Shown one piece after another: positions 19,435 through 28,995 of a DNA stretch of 64,000 bases. The DNA lies in assembly GCA_965656375.1 (NCBI GenBank), contig CBFHKH010000001.1, positions 132,691-196,690 on the forward strand, given 5' to 3'. The first letter of the stretch is position 1; each line of letters opens with the position of its first letter. The notes below the pieces were generated by a model that saw only the letters and a list, made by a program, of their open reading frames with translations, had not been told where the DNA came from and did no database searches. Origin of the DNA: Minisyncoccia bacterium (GTDB lineage: Bacteria; Patescibacteriota; Minisyncoccia; Phycocordibacterales; UBA9973). Position numbers and translations under genes: made by a program.

Positions 19435-20388
19435 ATGACACTTAAAATCGCAATTACTGAATTTCTCATCCATTGCCGGTTTGAAAAGAATTTGAGCGCT
19501 AAAACACTCAAAGCCTATGAAATAGACTTGAATCAGTTAAATACATTTTTGGTTACTAAAGACCGAATTGTTGATATTTCAAAAGACGATTTAAGGAACT
19601 ACCTAGTGTTACTCTCCTCCTTAAAACCAAAATCAATAAAAAGGAAAGTAGCTACGATGAAAGCGCTATTCAATTACCTGGAATTTGACGATAAAATAAT
19701 GATAAACCCCTTTCGAAAAATGCGAATAAAAATTAAAGAGCCACAGACATTGAGGCCCGTTATGGATGTTCGTGAAGTGATAAAGATTTTAAAAGCAAGT
19801 TATCAAAAGAAGAATTTGGTAAAGGATAGATGTAGTTACTCATACTTTGAATCACTTCGCAATATTGTAGTGCTTGAATTACTTTTTAGTACCGGTGCCA
19901 GAGTTTCAGAAATTGCAAATATTAAATCAGAATGTATCAATTTTCGTACCGGTTCAATTCTTATTAAAGGCAAGGGGAATAAGGAACGGAATATTCAGAT
20001 ATGTAACAAGGAAACATTAACCCTTTTACAAGAGTATTCTCAATTATTAAAAAGTAACAAGTCTCAGCAAGAAGGGTGGTTTCTTATCAATAGGTTTAAT
20101 AAAAAAATTTCTGACCAGTCTATTCGGAACATTGTAAGTAAAATATCAAGAAAGGCAGGTTTATCAAGACATATTACGCCCCATGTCTTTAGGCATACTT
20201 TTGCCACCTTGCTTCTTGAGAAAGATGTGGATATCAAATATATACAATCATTGCTGGGTCATAGTTCAATTACAACAACTCAAATCTATACTCATGTTAA
20301 TCAAAAGCGCCAACGTCAAATTTTAAGAACTAAACACCCTCGAAAAGACTTTACAATGGATATTTTAAGTTTCACCAACAGTGGATAA
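19435..20388 (+). CDS. Tyrosine recombinase/integrase (XerC/D-like phage integrase family)
   Basis: An N-terminal SAM-like core-binding domain. C-terminal HVFRHTFATLLLEKDVDIKYIQSLLGHSSITTTQIYTHV contains the R..H..R..Y catalytic residues. The start is taken at the internal Met (MTLKIAITEF). Confidence 0.85.
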   Translation: MTLKIAITEFLIHCRFEKNLSAKTLKAYEIDLNQLNTFLVTKDRIVDISKDDLRNYLVLLSSLKPKSIKRKVATMKALFNYLEFDDKIMINPFRKMRIKIKEPQTLRPVMDVREVIKILKASYQKKNLVKDRCSYSYFESLRNIVVLELLFSTGARVSEIANIKSECINFRTGSILIKGKGNKERNIQICNKETLTLLQEYSQLLKSNKSQQEGWFLINRFNKKISDQSIRNIVSKISRKAGLSRHITPHVFRHTFATLLLEKDVDIKYIQSLLGHSSITTTQIYTHVNQKRQRQILRTKHPRKDFTMDILSFTNSG

Positions 20389-20410
20389 CTAATTATTATC
20401 AGCTAACACC

Positions 20411-20971
20411 TTGCTAAAGGAAAAGAGAGATATTATCATCGTCCAACTTATTACATTAAGTAGGGCCATAGCGGCTTTAGTGTTTATTACAATTGCTCTT
20501 ACACCCAAATTTGTCTTCGCAGCTACTGTCTTATTTATCTATGCTTGTGTAACTGATGTAGTTGATGGATTTCTCGCGAGGAAATTTTCCTGCACTACAA
20601 ATACTGGAAAAATTTTAGATCTGTTTGGTGACAAGTATCTTACTGTGATTTCATTAACTTATGCAATCGCAAGAGGGATGCCAGCCTTGCCCTGTGCAAT
20701 TGCAATTTTAAGGGAAATATTATTACTATCTATGCGGTCTATATATATGGAGGGAGAACCTTTATTTCCTCCACAAAGATTATTAGGAACTTTAATGGTA
20801 ATTCCAATATGGTCTGGAACTGTCTTATTACTTTTATCACAAGATATTTTACCTGCATCAACAACTTTTTTCGCATTCTATTTTTGGATATTAGGTGGCT
20901 TAGCAAGCATAAACCTGACATACAAAATACTAGTAAACTGGAAAAAAATATTGCAATCTTTTAACTCTTAG
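20411..20971 (+). CDS. CDP-alcohol phosphatidyltransferase family membrane protein
   Basis: DVVDGFLARKFSCTTNTGKILDLFGDK matches the D-G-x2-A-R-x8-G-x3-D-x3-D signature. Multiple TM segments. Confidence 0.6.
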   Translation: MLKEKRDIIIVQLITLSRAIAALVFITIALTPKFVFAATVLFIYACVTDVVDGFLARKFSCTTNTGKILDLFGDKYLTVISLTYAIARGMPALPCAIAILREILLLSMRSIYMEGEPLFPPQRLLGTLMVIPIWSGTVLLLLSQDILPASTTFFAFYFWILGGLASINLTYKILVNWKKILQSFNS

Positions 20972-20977
20972 TTAAGA

Positions 20978-22126
20978 TCAGAATACTGTTTTTAGGGCGG
21001 GCCAAACATTTTTAAGTAGTGATATGATTAATGGAATATTTATTATTCCAACTACTTTTAATATTGATTTCCAATAAGGCCAAACTGAGATTAATTTTAC
21101 TTGATTAAAAACTGAACTTAGGGTGTTGAGTGTTTCCAAATCATCCGGCTTGAGTATTGATTTTTCATATTTTACAAGTTCAAAATAAAGAGCATTCTGT
21201 TTTCGTGCTATATCATCTAGTTGATTCTTTTTCTCAGACTTAATGATATTTCTAAGTTGAATCGCGGGAATTAGGTATATTATAATAAGTAAAAGACTCA
21301 TTAAACTCAAGCCAATAATAGGGGTAATACTAATATGGCCATGAATAAAAAAAGCGCTTACTACCGACGCGAACCCAACTAGCATTATTGGAATAGGTGG
21401 ATTAATTGCTATTTTAATGATTTCTCCTGCCCCAGCGTGCTCATCTTGGCTATAAGGCATTAGTTTAAAGAATTTTTCTCGTCTTGCTTCATGCAGTAAC
21501 TTATATAAAACAAATAAGCTGCTTAGATGTATATGAATAATGGCAGGTAGAAAAAACACCCACATATAGAGTTTATATACCCTAGTTAACCAATATCCAA
21601 AAAAGTGATTACTTGAATCCCAAAAATCAAAGCCTAAAAATCTAAGCGGCTCTTGATTTTGAAATGAATTCCAGGCAAAGCAAGCTAACCCAATTAAGGA
21701 AATTATTGCAAATGAAAGCCTACTTATGTTTGTTTGCTTTAACGTATGTTTATTGAGTAATGAGATATAAGTTGTTAAATCTTTACTTGCATCAATGACA
21801 TCATTTCCTTTCAAAAAGCCAAGCAACTTATTAATTGATTTTTGAAGAAACCAAGGAGCAATAATTTGCATTACTATAAATCCCCAAAAAGTTGAATGTT
21901 CAAGTAAACCTACATTTATTCCCTCCATTAGTAATGTGTGATCTAAGAGAGAACCAATTACTAATAGTAATATAAAGAGGGATGCTATAAAACAAGATTG
22001 ACCAAATACAGACTTCTTAAACAGAAATGACACCTTTTTACCAAATTGAAAGATGGAGTAATTATAAAAGAAGTCTGTATTTTCTAAAATCTTCATCTTA
22101 ATTAGCTGATAATAATTAGTTATCAA
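20978..22126 (-). CDS. Polytopic membrane protein of unknown function
   Basis: 382 aa and highly hydrophobic with many TM segments. No known motif. Confidence 0.4.
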   Translation of the reverse strand: MITNYYQLIKMKILENTDFFYNYSIFQFGKKVSFLFKKSVFGQSCFIASLFILLLVIGSLLDHTLLMEGINVGLLEHSTFWGFIVMQIIAPWFLQKSINKLLGFLKGNDVIDASKDLTTYISLLNKHTLKQTNISRLSFAIISLIGLACFAWNSFQNQEPLRFLGFDFWDSSNHFFGYWLTRVYKLYMWVFFLPAIIHIHLSSLFVLYKLLHEARREKFFKLMPYSQDEHAGAGEIIKIAINPPIPIMLVGFASVVSAFFIHGHISITPIIGLSLMSLLLIIIYLIPAIQLRNIIKSEKKNQLDDIARKQNALYFELVKYEKSILKPDDLETLNTLSSVFNQVKLISVWPYWKSILKVVGIINIPLIISLLKNVWPALKTVF

Positions 22127-22242
22127 TTGTTGGAGTAAGAAAGATAATGAAAATATATAAATTATTCATAGCTTATTTTAACAGACACTAGATATTCCCA
22201 ATTATTTAAGTAAATAGTATTGTATAAAAACTAACAATAATT

Positions 22243-22623
22243 GTGTTGCTTATTATTAGTGATATAATTAGCTCAGTGAATGCCGCTAACATATTTTTCT
22301 TCTGTTTTTTCATAACAATCTTGATAACAAGGGTACTAATTTACTTTAAGCCCACTTCTAGCCCGACTGTATTTAAGCTAAGGCTACATCATTATATGTA
22401 TGGCATAGTAGCTATTTTGGGCGGTTTTATTCTTAGGTCTATGATTGTCGTTGCGTTTGGTTTAGGCCTCTTCATTGACGAGCTTACTTACATTTTAATA
22501 AAAGGGAAATCTCATACAGACAACTACTCTCCAAAATCAATTATTGGAACTGTTCTCTTTATAATTTTGATATTTCTATTCCGAGAAAAACTGGTAGCAA
22601 TTTTAACCTCAAGCGGATTTTAG
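22243..22623 (+). CDS. Small membrane protein of unknown function
   Basis: 126 aa with 3-4 TM helices. Confidence 0.3.
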   Translation: MLLIISDIISSVNAANIFFFCFFITILITRVLIYFKPTSSPTVFKLRLHHYMYGIVAILGGFILRSMIVVAFGLGLFIDELTYILIKGKSHTDNYSPKSIIGTVLFIILIFLFREKLVAILTSSGF

Positions 22624-23105
22624 AAATTAGAATATCATTGCTACAGAAGTCTATATATTAATAGCAGTAGAGATGAATAAAAATGGAGAAGCTATGAGCA
22701 ATGGAAAGGATTGTTTGTTTGCCATAATGCATTTTAAATGCATTGTAACATTTGAATTCTAAGAGATAAGTGCGGGAAAGATGCTGAAAATGCAAATTAT
22801 CCTCCCTTACCCTACATCTTCTTAAATGTAACACTGAAAGGGTTAATAAATATTGCCTATTGGTACAAAATGAGTCAAACGATAAACAACAAGGTTACGT
22901 CGCGTGCGGATTGCAAACAATCTTTTTCAATGCAAGCGCAGACTCCAAGTAAAAAGAGGCTTCAACAATTCCATCTTGAATATAAATTTATAGATCCTTC
23001 GGATAACAGTTTGGATAAGGCATTCGAAATACTTTTTGATGAGACTTTGAAAATTACTACCAATAATAGTTGACAGTTTGGAACAACTAGGAGTATTATT
23101 CAACA

Positions 23106-23273
23106 ATGGAATACTACACAAAAAATGAGGTAGCAAAACATTTCAGAGTTCACCCCAGGACAGTCGAAAGATGGCTTAAAGGAGGTGTTTTAAAAGGCCA
23201 CAAACTTGGAAACGGGAAAACCTCTTTGTGGCGTATTAAGAAAAATGAGGTTAAGAAATTTTTAGGAAAATAG
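23106..23273 (+). CDS. Excisionase/AlpA-like helix-turn-helix DNA-binding protein
   Basis: This 56-aa ORF is too short for the ORF track. Its product MEYYTKNEVAKHFRVHPRTVERWLKGGVLKGHKLGNGKTSLWRIKKNEV is the Xis/AlpA HTH_17 pattern. It ends 12 nt before the recombinase start. Confidence 0.55.
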   Translation: MEYYTKNEVAKHFRVHPRTVERWLKGGVLKGHKLGNGKTSLWRIKKNEVKKFLGK

Positions 23274-23285
23274 ATAAGAGCAAAA

Positions 23286-24980
23286 ATGTCAGATGACTTT
23301 GTACAAATAAATAAACAGATAGCTGTTTACGCCAGAGTGTCTTCATCAAATCAGGAAAATGAAGGAACCATTGAAACCCAGCTATCAGCCATATATGAAT
23401 ATGCCAAAAGGGAAAAATATTTAATTGTTGAACAATACCTTGATAATGGCTGGAGTGGAGACAGCATAATACGGCCGGAACTTGACAGGCTCCGGGTAGA
23501 TGCCAAAAAGAAAATCTGGAATACAGTTTTAATGTATGACCCTGACAGGTTAGCAAGAAGATATTCTTACCAGGAATTGGTAATGGATGAACTAAGGGAA
23601 GCTGGTATAGAGGTTCTTTTTGTAACAACCCCTGCTCCGGCAAATGGGATTGAAAAGATATTATATGGAGTACAGGGATTATTTGCTGAATATGAAAGGG
23701 CAAAGATTACAGAGCGATTCCGCCTGGGTAAAGTACGGAAGGCAAATGAAGGACATATCATCGTAAGCGAAGCCCCCTATGGATATACGTTTATTCCTAA
23801 GCATGGCAAAAGAGGTGATGCTGATTTTAGACAAGGGTATTACCAAATCAATGAGCACGAGGCTGAAATAGTAAAGAAACTGTTTTACTGGGTAGCAAAT
23901 GATGGTTTAACAATAAGGGGGATAATCAGAAAACTTCAAAATTTAGGTATAACGCCAAGGAAAAGTAAAAGAGAGGTCTGGAGTACAAGTACACTAAGCA
24001 CGCTTTTGAGAAATAAGACATACATTGGAGAAGGGCATTATGGCGCTTCCTATGCAGTGGTGCCATTAAATCCAATTAAAAAAGACGGCTACCGGAAAAT
24101 AAAGAAAACCAGTAGACGAGGTAAACCAGAAGCTGAGTGGATAAAAATTCCGACTCCTAAAATTATAGACGAAGCCCTGTTTACCAGAGTGCAACAGAAA
24201 TTAAAAACAAACTTTGAAGCTGCTTCCAGAAATACGAAAAATGAATACCTGCTTTCTGCAAAAATTTGGTGTTCATGCGGTAGCAGGCTCACAGGGGAAG
24301 GTGTAAAGAACGGGAGAAATCTCTATTATCGTTGCACAAACAGGGTGCGTAATTTCCCTTTACTCCCAACCTGCACAAGAAAAGGGATTAATGCAAAAGT
24401 TATTGATGAATCTGTGTGGCAGCAGATCAAACACTTAATGAGTTCTCCGGAATTGCTGGAAGTGCAGGCAAAGCGCTGGTTCAATGAGCGGCAAAACAAA
24501 AAATTTCATTCTTCTATTGATAAAGGAACTATCCAAAAAGAGATTGATAAACTGAAAGAGCATGAACATCGTTATACCAAGGCTTATGGAGCAGGTCTGA
24601 TCTCGATTGAACAATTGAAAGAATACATACAGCCGGTGAGAGATAAAACCAAATCATTAATAGAACAGTTGGAAAAGAATCGGGTGGAAAGTGAACAAAA
24701 TGGAAAAACAATATTACCAGCAAGTGATCAGATTGAATTGTTTGTGCAAAAAGCTGCTAAGACTCTGCAAAACTTGAACTTCGGAGCAAAAAAGGCAATA
24801 ATTAAAAATGTAATCGAAAAGATTATTGCAACACCACAGGAATTATTAGTTTATGGATATATACCAATTAACAAATTAGAAGATGTCCCATTATGTTCTG
24901 TCCATTGGAATCGTAGGTCTGCCGAACGTCGGAAAGTCGACGCTTTTCAATGCGCTCACAAAGAAAGGCGTACCAGCTGA
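23286..24980 (+). CDS. Large serine recombinase (integrase); 3' end reads through into the ychF coding region
   Basis: 564 aa. IAVYARVSSSNQ with the catalytic Ser. Recombinase domain, Cys-rich zinc ribbon (CSCGSRL...CTNRVRNFPLLPTC) and coiled coil. The last roughly 33 codons overlap the ychF start in another frame. Confidence 0.85.
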   Translation: MSDDFVQINKQIAVYARVSSSNQENEGTIETQLSAIYEYAKREKYLIVEQYLDNGWSGDSIIRPELDRLRVDAKKKIWNTVLMYDPDRLARRYSYQELVMDELREAGIEVLFVTTPAPANGIEKILYGVQGLFAEYERAKITERFRLGKVRKANEGHIIVSEAPYGYTFIPKHGKRGDADFRQGYYQINEHEAEIVKKLFYWVANDGLTIRGIIRKLQNLGITPRKSKREVWSTSTLSTLLRNKTYIGEGHYGASYAVVPLNPIKKDGYRKIKKTSRRGKPEAEWIKIPTPKIIDEALFTRVQQKLKTNFEAASRNTKNEYLLSAKIWCSCGSRLTGEGVKNGRNLYYRCTNRVRNFPLLPTCTRKGINAKVIDESVWQQIKHLMSSPELLEVQAKRWFNERQNKKFHSSIDKGTIQKEIDKLKEHEHRYTKAYGAGLISIEQLKEYIQPVRDKTKSLIEQLEKNRVESEQNGKTILPASDQIELFVQKAAKTLQNLNFGAKKAIIKNVIEKIIATPQELLVYGYIPINKLEDVPLCSVHWNRRSAERRKVDAFQCAHKERRTS

Positions 24981-26004
24981 GAACTACCCATTTTGTACTA
25001 TTGATCCATCAGTGGGAATCGTACCGGTGCCTGATGCACGACTCTCTAAACTTTCTGAATTCTCGAAATCTGCAAAAACAATTCCTGCTGTTATAGAATT
25101 CGTTGATATTGCAGGATTGGTAAAAGGTGCTTCTGCTGGTGAAGGTCTTGGTAATAAATTTCTTTCAAATATCCGTGAAGTTGATGCCATATTTGAAATG
25201 GTCCGCATTTTCCCGCTTAAAAATGAAGGAGGGAACGAAGTCATCCATGTATATGGTGATATTGACCCACTGCGTGATATCGAAGTTATCAATCTTGAAC
25301 TCATACTTGCTGATCTTGAAACCGTTACAAAGCGTAGAAATAATTTAGGAAAAGATTTGAAGAAAGGCGACAAAGAGGCACTCATTGAAGATGCTGCACT
25401 TGCGAAACTAATTACTACGCTTGAAACTGGAAAGCTTGCAAATTCATGTGAGTTCGATGAGAAAGAAATAGAAAAAGTGAAGATGCTCAATCTCCTCACT
25501 TTGAAACCTTTTATCTATGGGCTTAACAAACGCGGTGGTGCAAAGAACTTGGACGAAACGAATCCAGAGATATTCAAGGAACTGACCGACTATATTATGA
25601 ATATGGGCTCACGGTATGTTGTTCTTGATGCCAAGATTGAAGAAGAACTAAAAGATTTCGAAGGTGAAGAAAAAGAAACATTCCGAAAGGAATTAGGCGG
25701 AAACGATGATGGGATCAATAACCTCATAAGCGAAGGGTACAAGCTCCTTGGGCTCGATACATACTTTACGACAGGAGAAGATGAAACTCGTGCATGGACG
25801 ATCAAACACGGCTCAACAGCACCAATTGCAGGTACTGCGATACACACGGATTTCAAAGATAAATTCATCAGGGCAGAAGTGGTATTTTGGCAAGATCTAC
25901 TCGATGCAGGATCATACGGCGAGGCTCGATCAAAAGGTAAAGTTCGTACAGAAGGGAAGGAATACATCGTCAAAGATGGTGATGTAGTGGAATTCAAAAT
26001 ATAG
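24883..26004 (+). CDS. ychF: Ribosome-binding ATPase YchF (Obg-family GTPase)
   Basis: GIVGLPNVGKSTLFNALT P-loop. A C-terminal TGS domain. Full length at 373 aa. Confidence 0.9.
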   Translation: MSHYVLSIGIVGLPNVGKSTLFNALTKKGVPAENYPFCTIDPSVGIVPVPDARLSKLSEFSKSAKTIPAVIEFVDIAGLVKGASAGEGLGNKFLSNIREVDAIFEMVRIFPLKNEGGNEVIHVYGDIDPLRDIEVINLELILADLETVTKRRNNLGKDLKKGDKEALIEDAALAKLITTLETGKLANSCEFDEKEIEKVKMLNLLTLKPFIYGLNKRGGAKNLDETNPEIFKELTDYIMNMGSRYVVLDAKIEEELKDFEGEEKETFRKELGGNDDGINNLISEGYKLLGLDTYFTTGEDETRAWTIKHGSTAPIAGTAIHTDFKDKFIRAEVVFWQDLLDAGSYGEARSKGKVRTEGKEYIVKDGDVVEFKI

Positions 26005-26007
26005 GTT

Positions 26008-26454
26008 ATGCTACTTGTAAAAACTAAGATTAAGGAAAGTAATATACACGGAATCGGATTATTTGCAGATCAGTTTATTCCAAAAGGAACTGAAATTTGG
26101 AAATTCACCCCAGGCTTTGATCAGAAGTTTACGCGAGAGCAAATCTTAAATTTTCCAGATCTGCTTCAAATTTATATTTACAAATATACGTGGAGAAGCA
26201 AGAAGAGTAAATTGTATTGCTTCTCGTCCGATAATGGAAAATATTTTAATCATTCTGATAATCCGAATGTCTTATCTGAACATAGGGATGATGAAGAGGA
26301 GGTGGTAACAGTTGCGATACGGGATATCGAGATCGGAGAGGAGATCTTGGATAACTATAATTCATTCGAGTATGAAAAAAGCGAGAATGACGTTCTCGAT
26401 GAAATTGCTGAAAAATTCAAATTACAGGATGAACTCGATCCACGATTTAAATAG
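26008..26454 (+). CDS. SET-domain protein (putative lysine methyltransferase)
   Basis: IHGIGLFA..., FNHSDNPN and GEEILDNY are SET signature motifs. Confidence 0.6.
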   Translation: MLLVKTKIKESNIHGIGLFADQFIPKGTEIWKFTPGFDQKFTREQILNFPDLLQIYIYKYTWRSKKSKLYCFSSDNGKYFNHSDNPNVLSEHRDDEEEVVTVAIRDIEIGEEILDNYNSFEYEKSENDVLDEIAEKFKLQDELDPRFK

Positions 26455-26480
26455 ACAGGATATGTTTTATTAAAATAAAA

Positions 26481-26508
26481 AGCCTGACATTATTGTGTCA
26501 GGCTTTCC
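26481..26508. terminator. Bidirectional rho-independent terminator between the SET gene and the sigma-factor gene
   Basis: agcctgaca-ttattg-tgtcaggct is a 9-bp perfect stem with T-rich flanks. Confidence 0.5.
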
Positions 26509-26524
26509 AGTACTGTCTTACTTT

Positions 26525-27385
26525 TTATCCAAGGTATACCTTTAATGCTCTACTATAGCGAGCCTTTTGTAGTTGCTCAATAGCTTCATCTTTTATTTGC
26601 CGTATTCGTTCCTTACCCTTATTCAGAATCTCGCCGATAGTTTCCAAAGTTTCAGCATGACACCCGATACCAAAAAACAATATTATTACCCGACGTTGTA
26701 TTTCGGGTAAGTTATTGAGAACTAGTTGAACATCTTTTTCCAGATCATTCGAATCTGTAAGATGATGAATTGGATCAGGACTTGTAAGTAAGTCACCCAG
26801 TGTTATATCTTCAGCTTCGTACACAGGTGCATCAAGTGAAGTGTGACGGGTATTGCTTTGGAATATATCATTGATCTCCATCTCAGACATTTCCAATACT
26901 TCAGCCAACTCTTCGGTTGATGGTTCACGCTCATATTGCTGTTCAAGCTGTATATAGGCTTTATTTGCTTTATTGTACGTCCCCTGTTTGCTTACAGGTA
27001 AGCGAACTAATCGGCCTCGTTCTGCGAGTCCTTCTAGTATGGCTTGGCGGATCCACCATACAGCGTAAGAGATGAATTTGAATCCCTTCGTTTCATCAAA
27101 TCTTTTGGCAGCCTTAATCAGACCACAGTTTCCTTCATTTATTAAATCACTCAATGAAAGTCCTTGATGTTGATATTGCTTTGCTACTGATACTACGAAA
27201 CGAAGATTTGCTCGTGCCAATTTGTCTAATGCGTTTTGATCTCCTGTTTTGATCTTTATAGCTAACGCAACTTCTTCTTCAGGTGTTATTAAAGAAATTT
27301 TTGTGATATCCTGCAAATATTTTTCTGCAGATCTTGATTCACGATTGGTCGTTTGGGTTTCGATTTTTAACTGTCTCATTGCCAT
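26525..27385 (-). CDS. rpoD: RNA polymerase sigma-70 family factor (RpoD-like, regions 2-4)
   Basis: 286 aa. Region 2 ...LIKAAKRFDETKGFKFISYAVWWIRQAI. A region 4 HTH near the C-terminus. Confidence 0.85.
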   Translation of the reverse strand: MAMRQLKIETQTTNRESRSAEKYLQDITKISLITPEEEVALAIKIKTGDQNALDKLARANLRFVVSVAKQYQHQGLSLSDLINEGNCGLIKAAKRFDETKGFKFISYAVWWIRQAILEGLAERGRLVRLPVSKQGTYNKANKAYIQLEQQYEREPSTEELAEVLEMSEMEINDIFQSNTRHTSLDAPVYEAEDITLGDLLTSPDPIHHLTDSNDLEKDVQLVLNNLPEIQRRVIILFFGIGCHAETLETIGEILNKGKERIRQIKDEAIEQLQKARYSRALKVYLG

Positions 27386-27493
27386 GGTATTTAAATTTTA
27401 AGGGTGAGTTTTGAATGGTTGAAATTTACTTTATAGTAATACAGAAACTATCTTTTGTCAAAATACATTCTTTAGATATTATTTAGGGATTTA

Positions 27494-27838
27494 ATGTATA
27501 CTTACTCTATGGATTTATTAAAAGAAAAATGCGTACCGTGCGAAGGAGGAATCGAGCCAATGACAAAGGCAGATGCCGAGGGTATGATCATGTACCATGT
27601 AAAGGATTGGACTCTTTCAGAAGATGCGCGGCATATTTCGAAGAAATTTACATTCAAAGATTTTGCTCACGCACTTTCATTTGTAGATAGTGTTGGTGCT
27701 ATCGCCGAGAGTGAAGGCCACCATCCTGATATTCATTTGATCGATTATAAATTTGTGACTATCGACCTTTCTACTCATGCAATCGGAGGTCTTTCGCAGA
27801 ATGATTTTATTGTAGCAGCAAAAATAAATGTACTCTAA
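27494..27838 (+). CDS. Pterin-4a-carbinolamine dehydratase (PCD/DCoH)
   Basis: The 114-aa ORF contains the EGHHPDI motif. Confidence 0.75.
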   Translation: MYTYSMDLLKEKCVPCEGGIEPMTKADAEGMIMYHVKDWTLSEDARHISKKFTFKDFAHALSFVDSVGAIAESEGHHPDIHLIDYKFVTIDLSTHAIGGLSQNDFIVAAKINVL

Positions 27839-28412
27839 CGATTGGAAAAAAGCAGAAGAAGTTCTTAAGAAGGGCGGAGTTGCATTTGTACCTACAGATA
27901 CGCTCTATGGTGTGGTTGCGAGTGCATTCGATAAAAAAGCAGTAGAGAGAATTTACAAAATCCGCGGACGGGATAAGAGTAAGCCCTGTATTGTTCTCAT
28001 TTCATCTGTTTCTGATCTCAAGAAATTCAACATCGTTCTCTCTTCAAGCCAAAAAGAATTCTTAAAAAAAGTTTGGCCAGGGAAAATAAGTGTAATCCTT
28101 CCATGTCCCGAACGGAAATTTGAATATATACACAGAGGTACAAAGACCATCGCGTTTCGAATGGTTGGGCCTCGCAATAAAAATCTCTCTAAAATCCTCA
28201 AGACTATCGGACCTGTCATTGCTCCAAGTGCGAATCCAGAGGGGTTACCACCTGCGCAGAGTAGAAAAGAAGCGAGGAAATATTTCGGTACGAATGTTGA
28301 CGCATATGTATGTGTGGGTAATCGAGATGGAAAACCTTCAACTGTTGTAGAGTATAAAGATGGGAAACTTATTGTGTTACGAGAAGGGGCAGTACAGATT
28401 AAAAAAGAGTAG
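27828..28412 (+). CDS. tsaC: L-threonylcarbamoyladenylate synthase (YrdC/TsaC family)
   Basis: VAFVPTDTLYGVVASAFDKKAVERIYKIRGRDKSKPCIVLI is the YrdC signature. Confidence 0.8.
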   Translation: MYSNDWKKAEEVLKKGGVAFVPTDTLYGVVASAFDKKAVERIYKIRGRDKSKPCIVLISSVSDLKKFNIVLSSSQKEFLKKVWPGKISVILPCPERKFEYIHRGTKTIAFRMVGPRNKNLSKILKTIGPVIAPSANPEGLPPAQSRKEARKYFGTNVDAYVCVGNRDGKPSTVVEYKDGKLIVLREGAVQIKKE

Positions 28413-28419
28413 CATTTCG

Positions 28420-28947
28420 CTACTCTTTTTTATTTGTCTTTTTTAGTTCCGCAATCTCTTCCATAAGTTTACCAAGGGTATTTTCTATTCTACCGAGGAC
28501 AACATCATCATGGGCATGATCGGATGATTCTTCTTCGCTTTCACTGATTTCCTCAACGTCTTCCTGGATCTCATCCACATCTTTCTCAATCTCCTCGACA
28601 TCTTCTTGAATCTCTTCAACGTCTTTTTGAATCTCATCCACATCTTTTTCAATACCTTCGACATCCTCCTGAATCTCCTCGACATCTTGTGCCACACTAT
28701 CAAGGTCTTGTGCTTGCTTGTTCACACTCATCTGAATGAAAATCGCAAGGTAGATTGCTTCGAGGGATACCAGCGTAGTAACGACAAGTAGAATCTTGTC
28801 AAAATCAATACCAAAAAAGTAGAGTCCAAAAGAAAAAGCGAAAAGAACTGTGTGTACCACAATTGAACTTGTAGAACCAATCCAGCTGGTGGCTTTGGTG
28901 GCTACGCGACCGAGTGTTCTTTTTGATTTTTCTCGTATACGTTTCAT
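28420..28947 (-). CDS. DUF1003-like membrane protein with an acidic heptad tandem-repeat tail
   Basis: Two TM helices followed by seven DVEEIQE-type heptads. Confidence 0.45.
   Translation of the reverse strand: MKRIREKSKRTLGRVATKATSWIGSTSSIVVHTVLFAFSFGLYFFGIDFDKILLVVTTLVSLEAIYLAIFIQMSVNKQAQDLDSVAQDVEEIQEDVEGIEKDVDEIQKDVEEIQEDVEEIEKDVDEIQEDVEEISESEEESSDHAHDDVVLGRIENTLGKLMEEIAELKKTNKKE
28540..28686 (-). repeat. In-frame tandem repeat of 7 x 21 nt encoding DVEEIQE-like heptads
   Basis: Near-identical 21-nt units (gacatcttcttgaatctcttc variants) lie inside the CDS at 28420-28947. Confidence 0.55.
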
Positions 28948-28995
28948 AATAAGTCTTGTGTATTATACACGAATTTTCTGCTATAATCTATAAAT

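Larger units (their letters stand above)
1..24882. mobile_element. Lower-GC integrative mosaic island (defense plus mobility cargo). The left boundary is outside the window and the right boundary is at or near the serine recombinase/ychF junction.
   Basis: It contains 2 large serine recombinases, a tyrosine recombinase, IS3, ArdC, RadC, excisionase, SSB, Gabija and a TIR/caspase operon. GC content and codon usage change at about 24.9 kb, where a syntenic housekeeping core begins. Confidence 0.4.

Noticed and set aside
24984-25499. 171-aa minus-strand ORF inside ychF. There are similar antisense or embedded ORFs at 25590-25997, 29280-29858, 32616-32981, 33036-33794, 44102-44311 and 61189-62118.
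   Set aside because: They lie entirely within or antisense to strongly supported conserved genes such as ychF, leuS, valS and lysS. Their products are low-complexity (Ser/Pro/Phe-rich) with no motifs. They are six-frame artefacts.
28540-28686. Considered as a CRISPR-like or intergenic repeat array.
   Set aside because: The repeats are contiguous 21-nt units with no spacers. They are in frame within a coding sequence and there are no cas genes.
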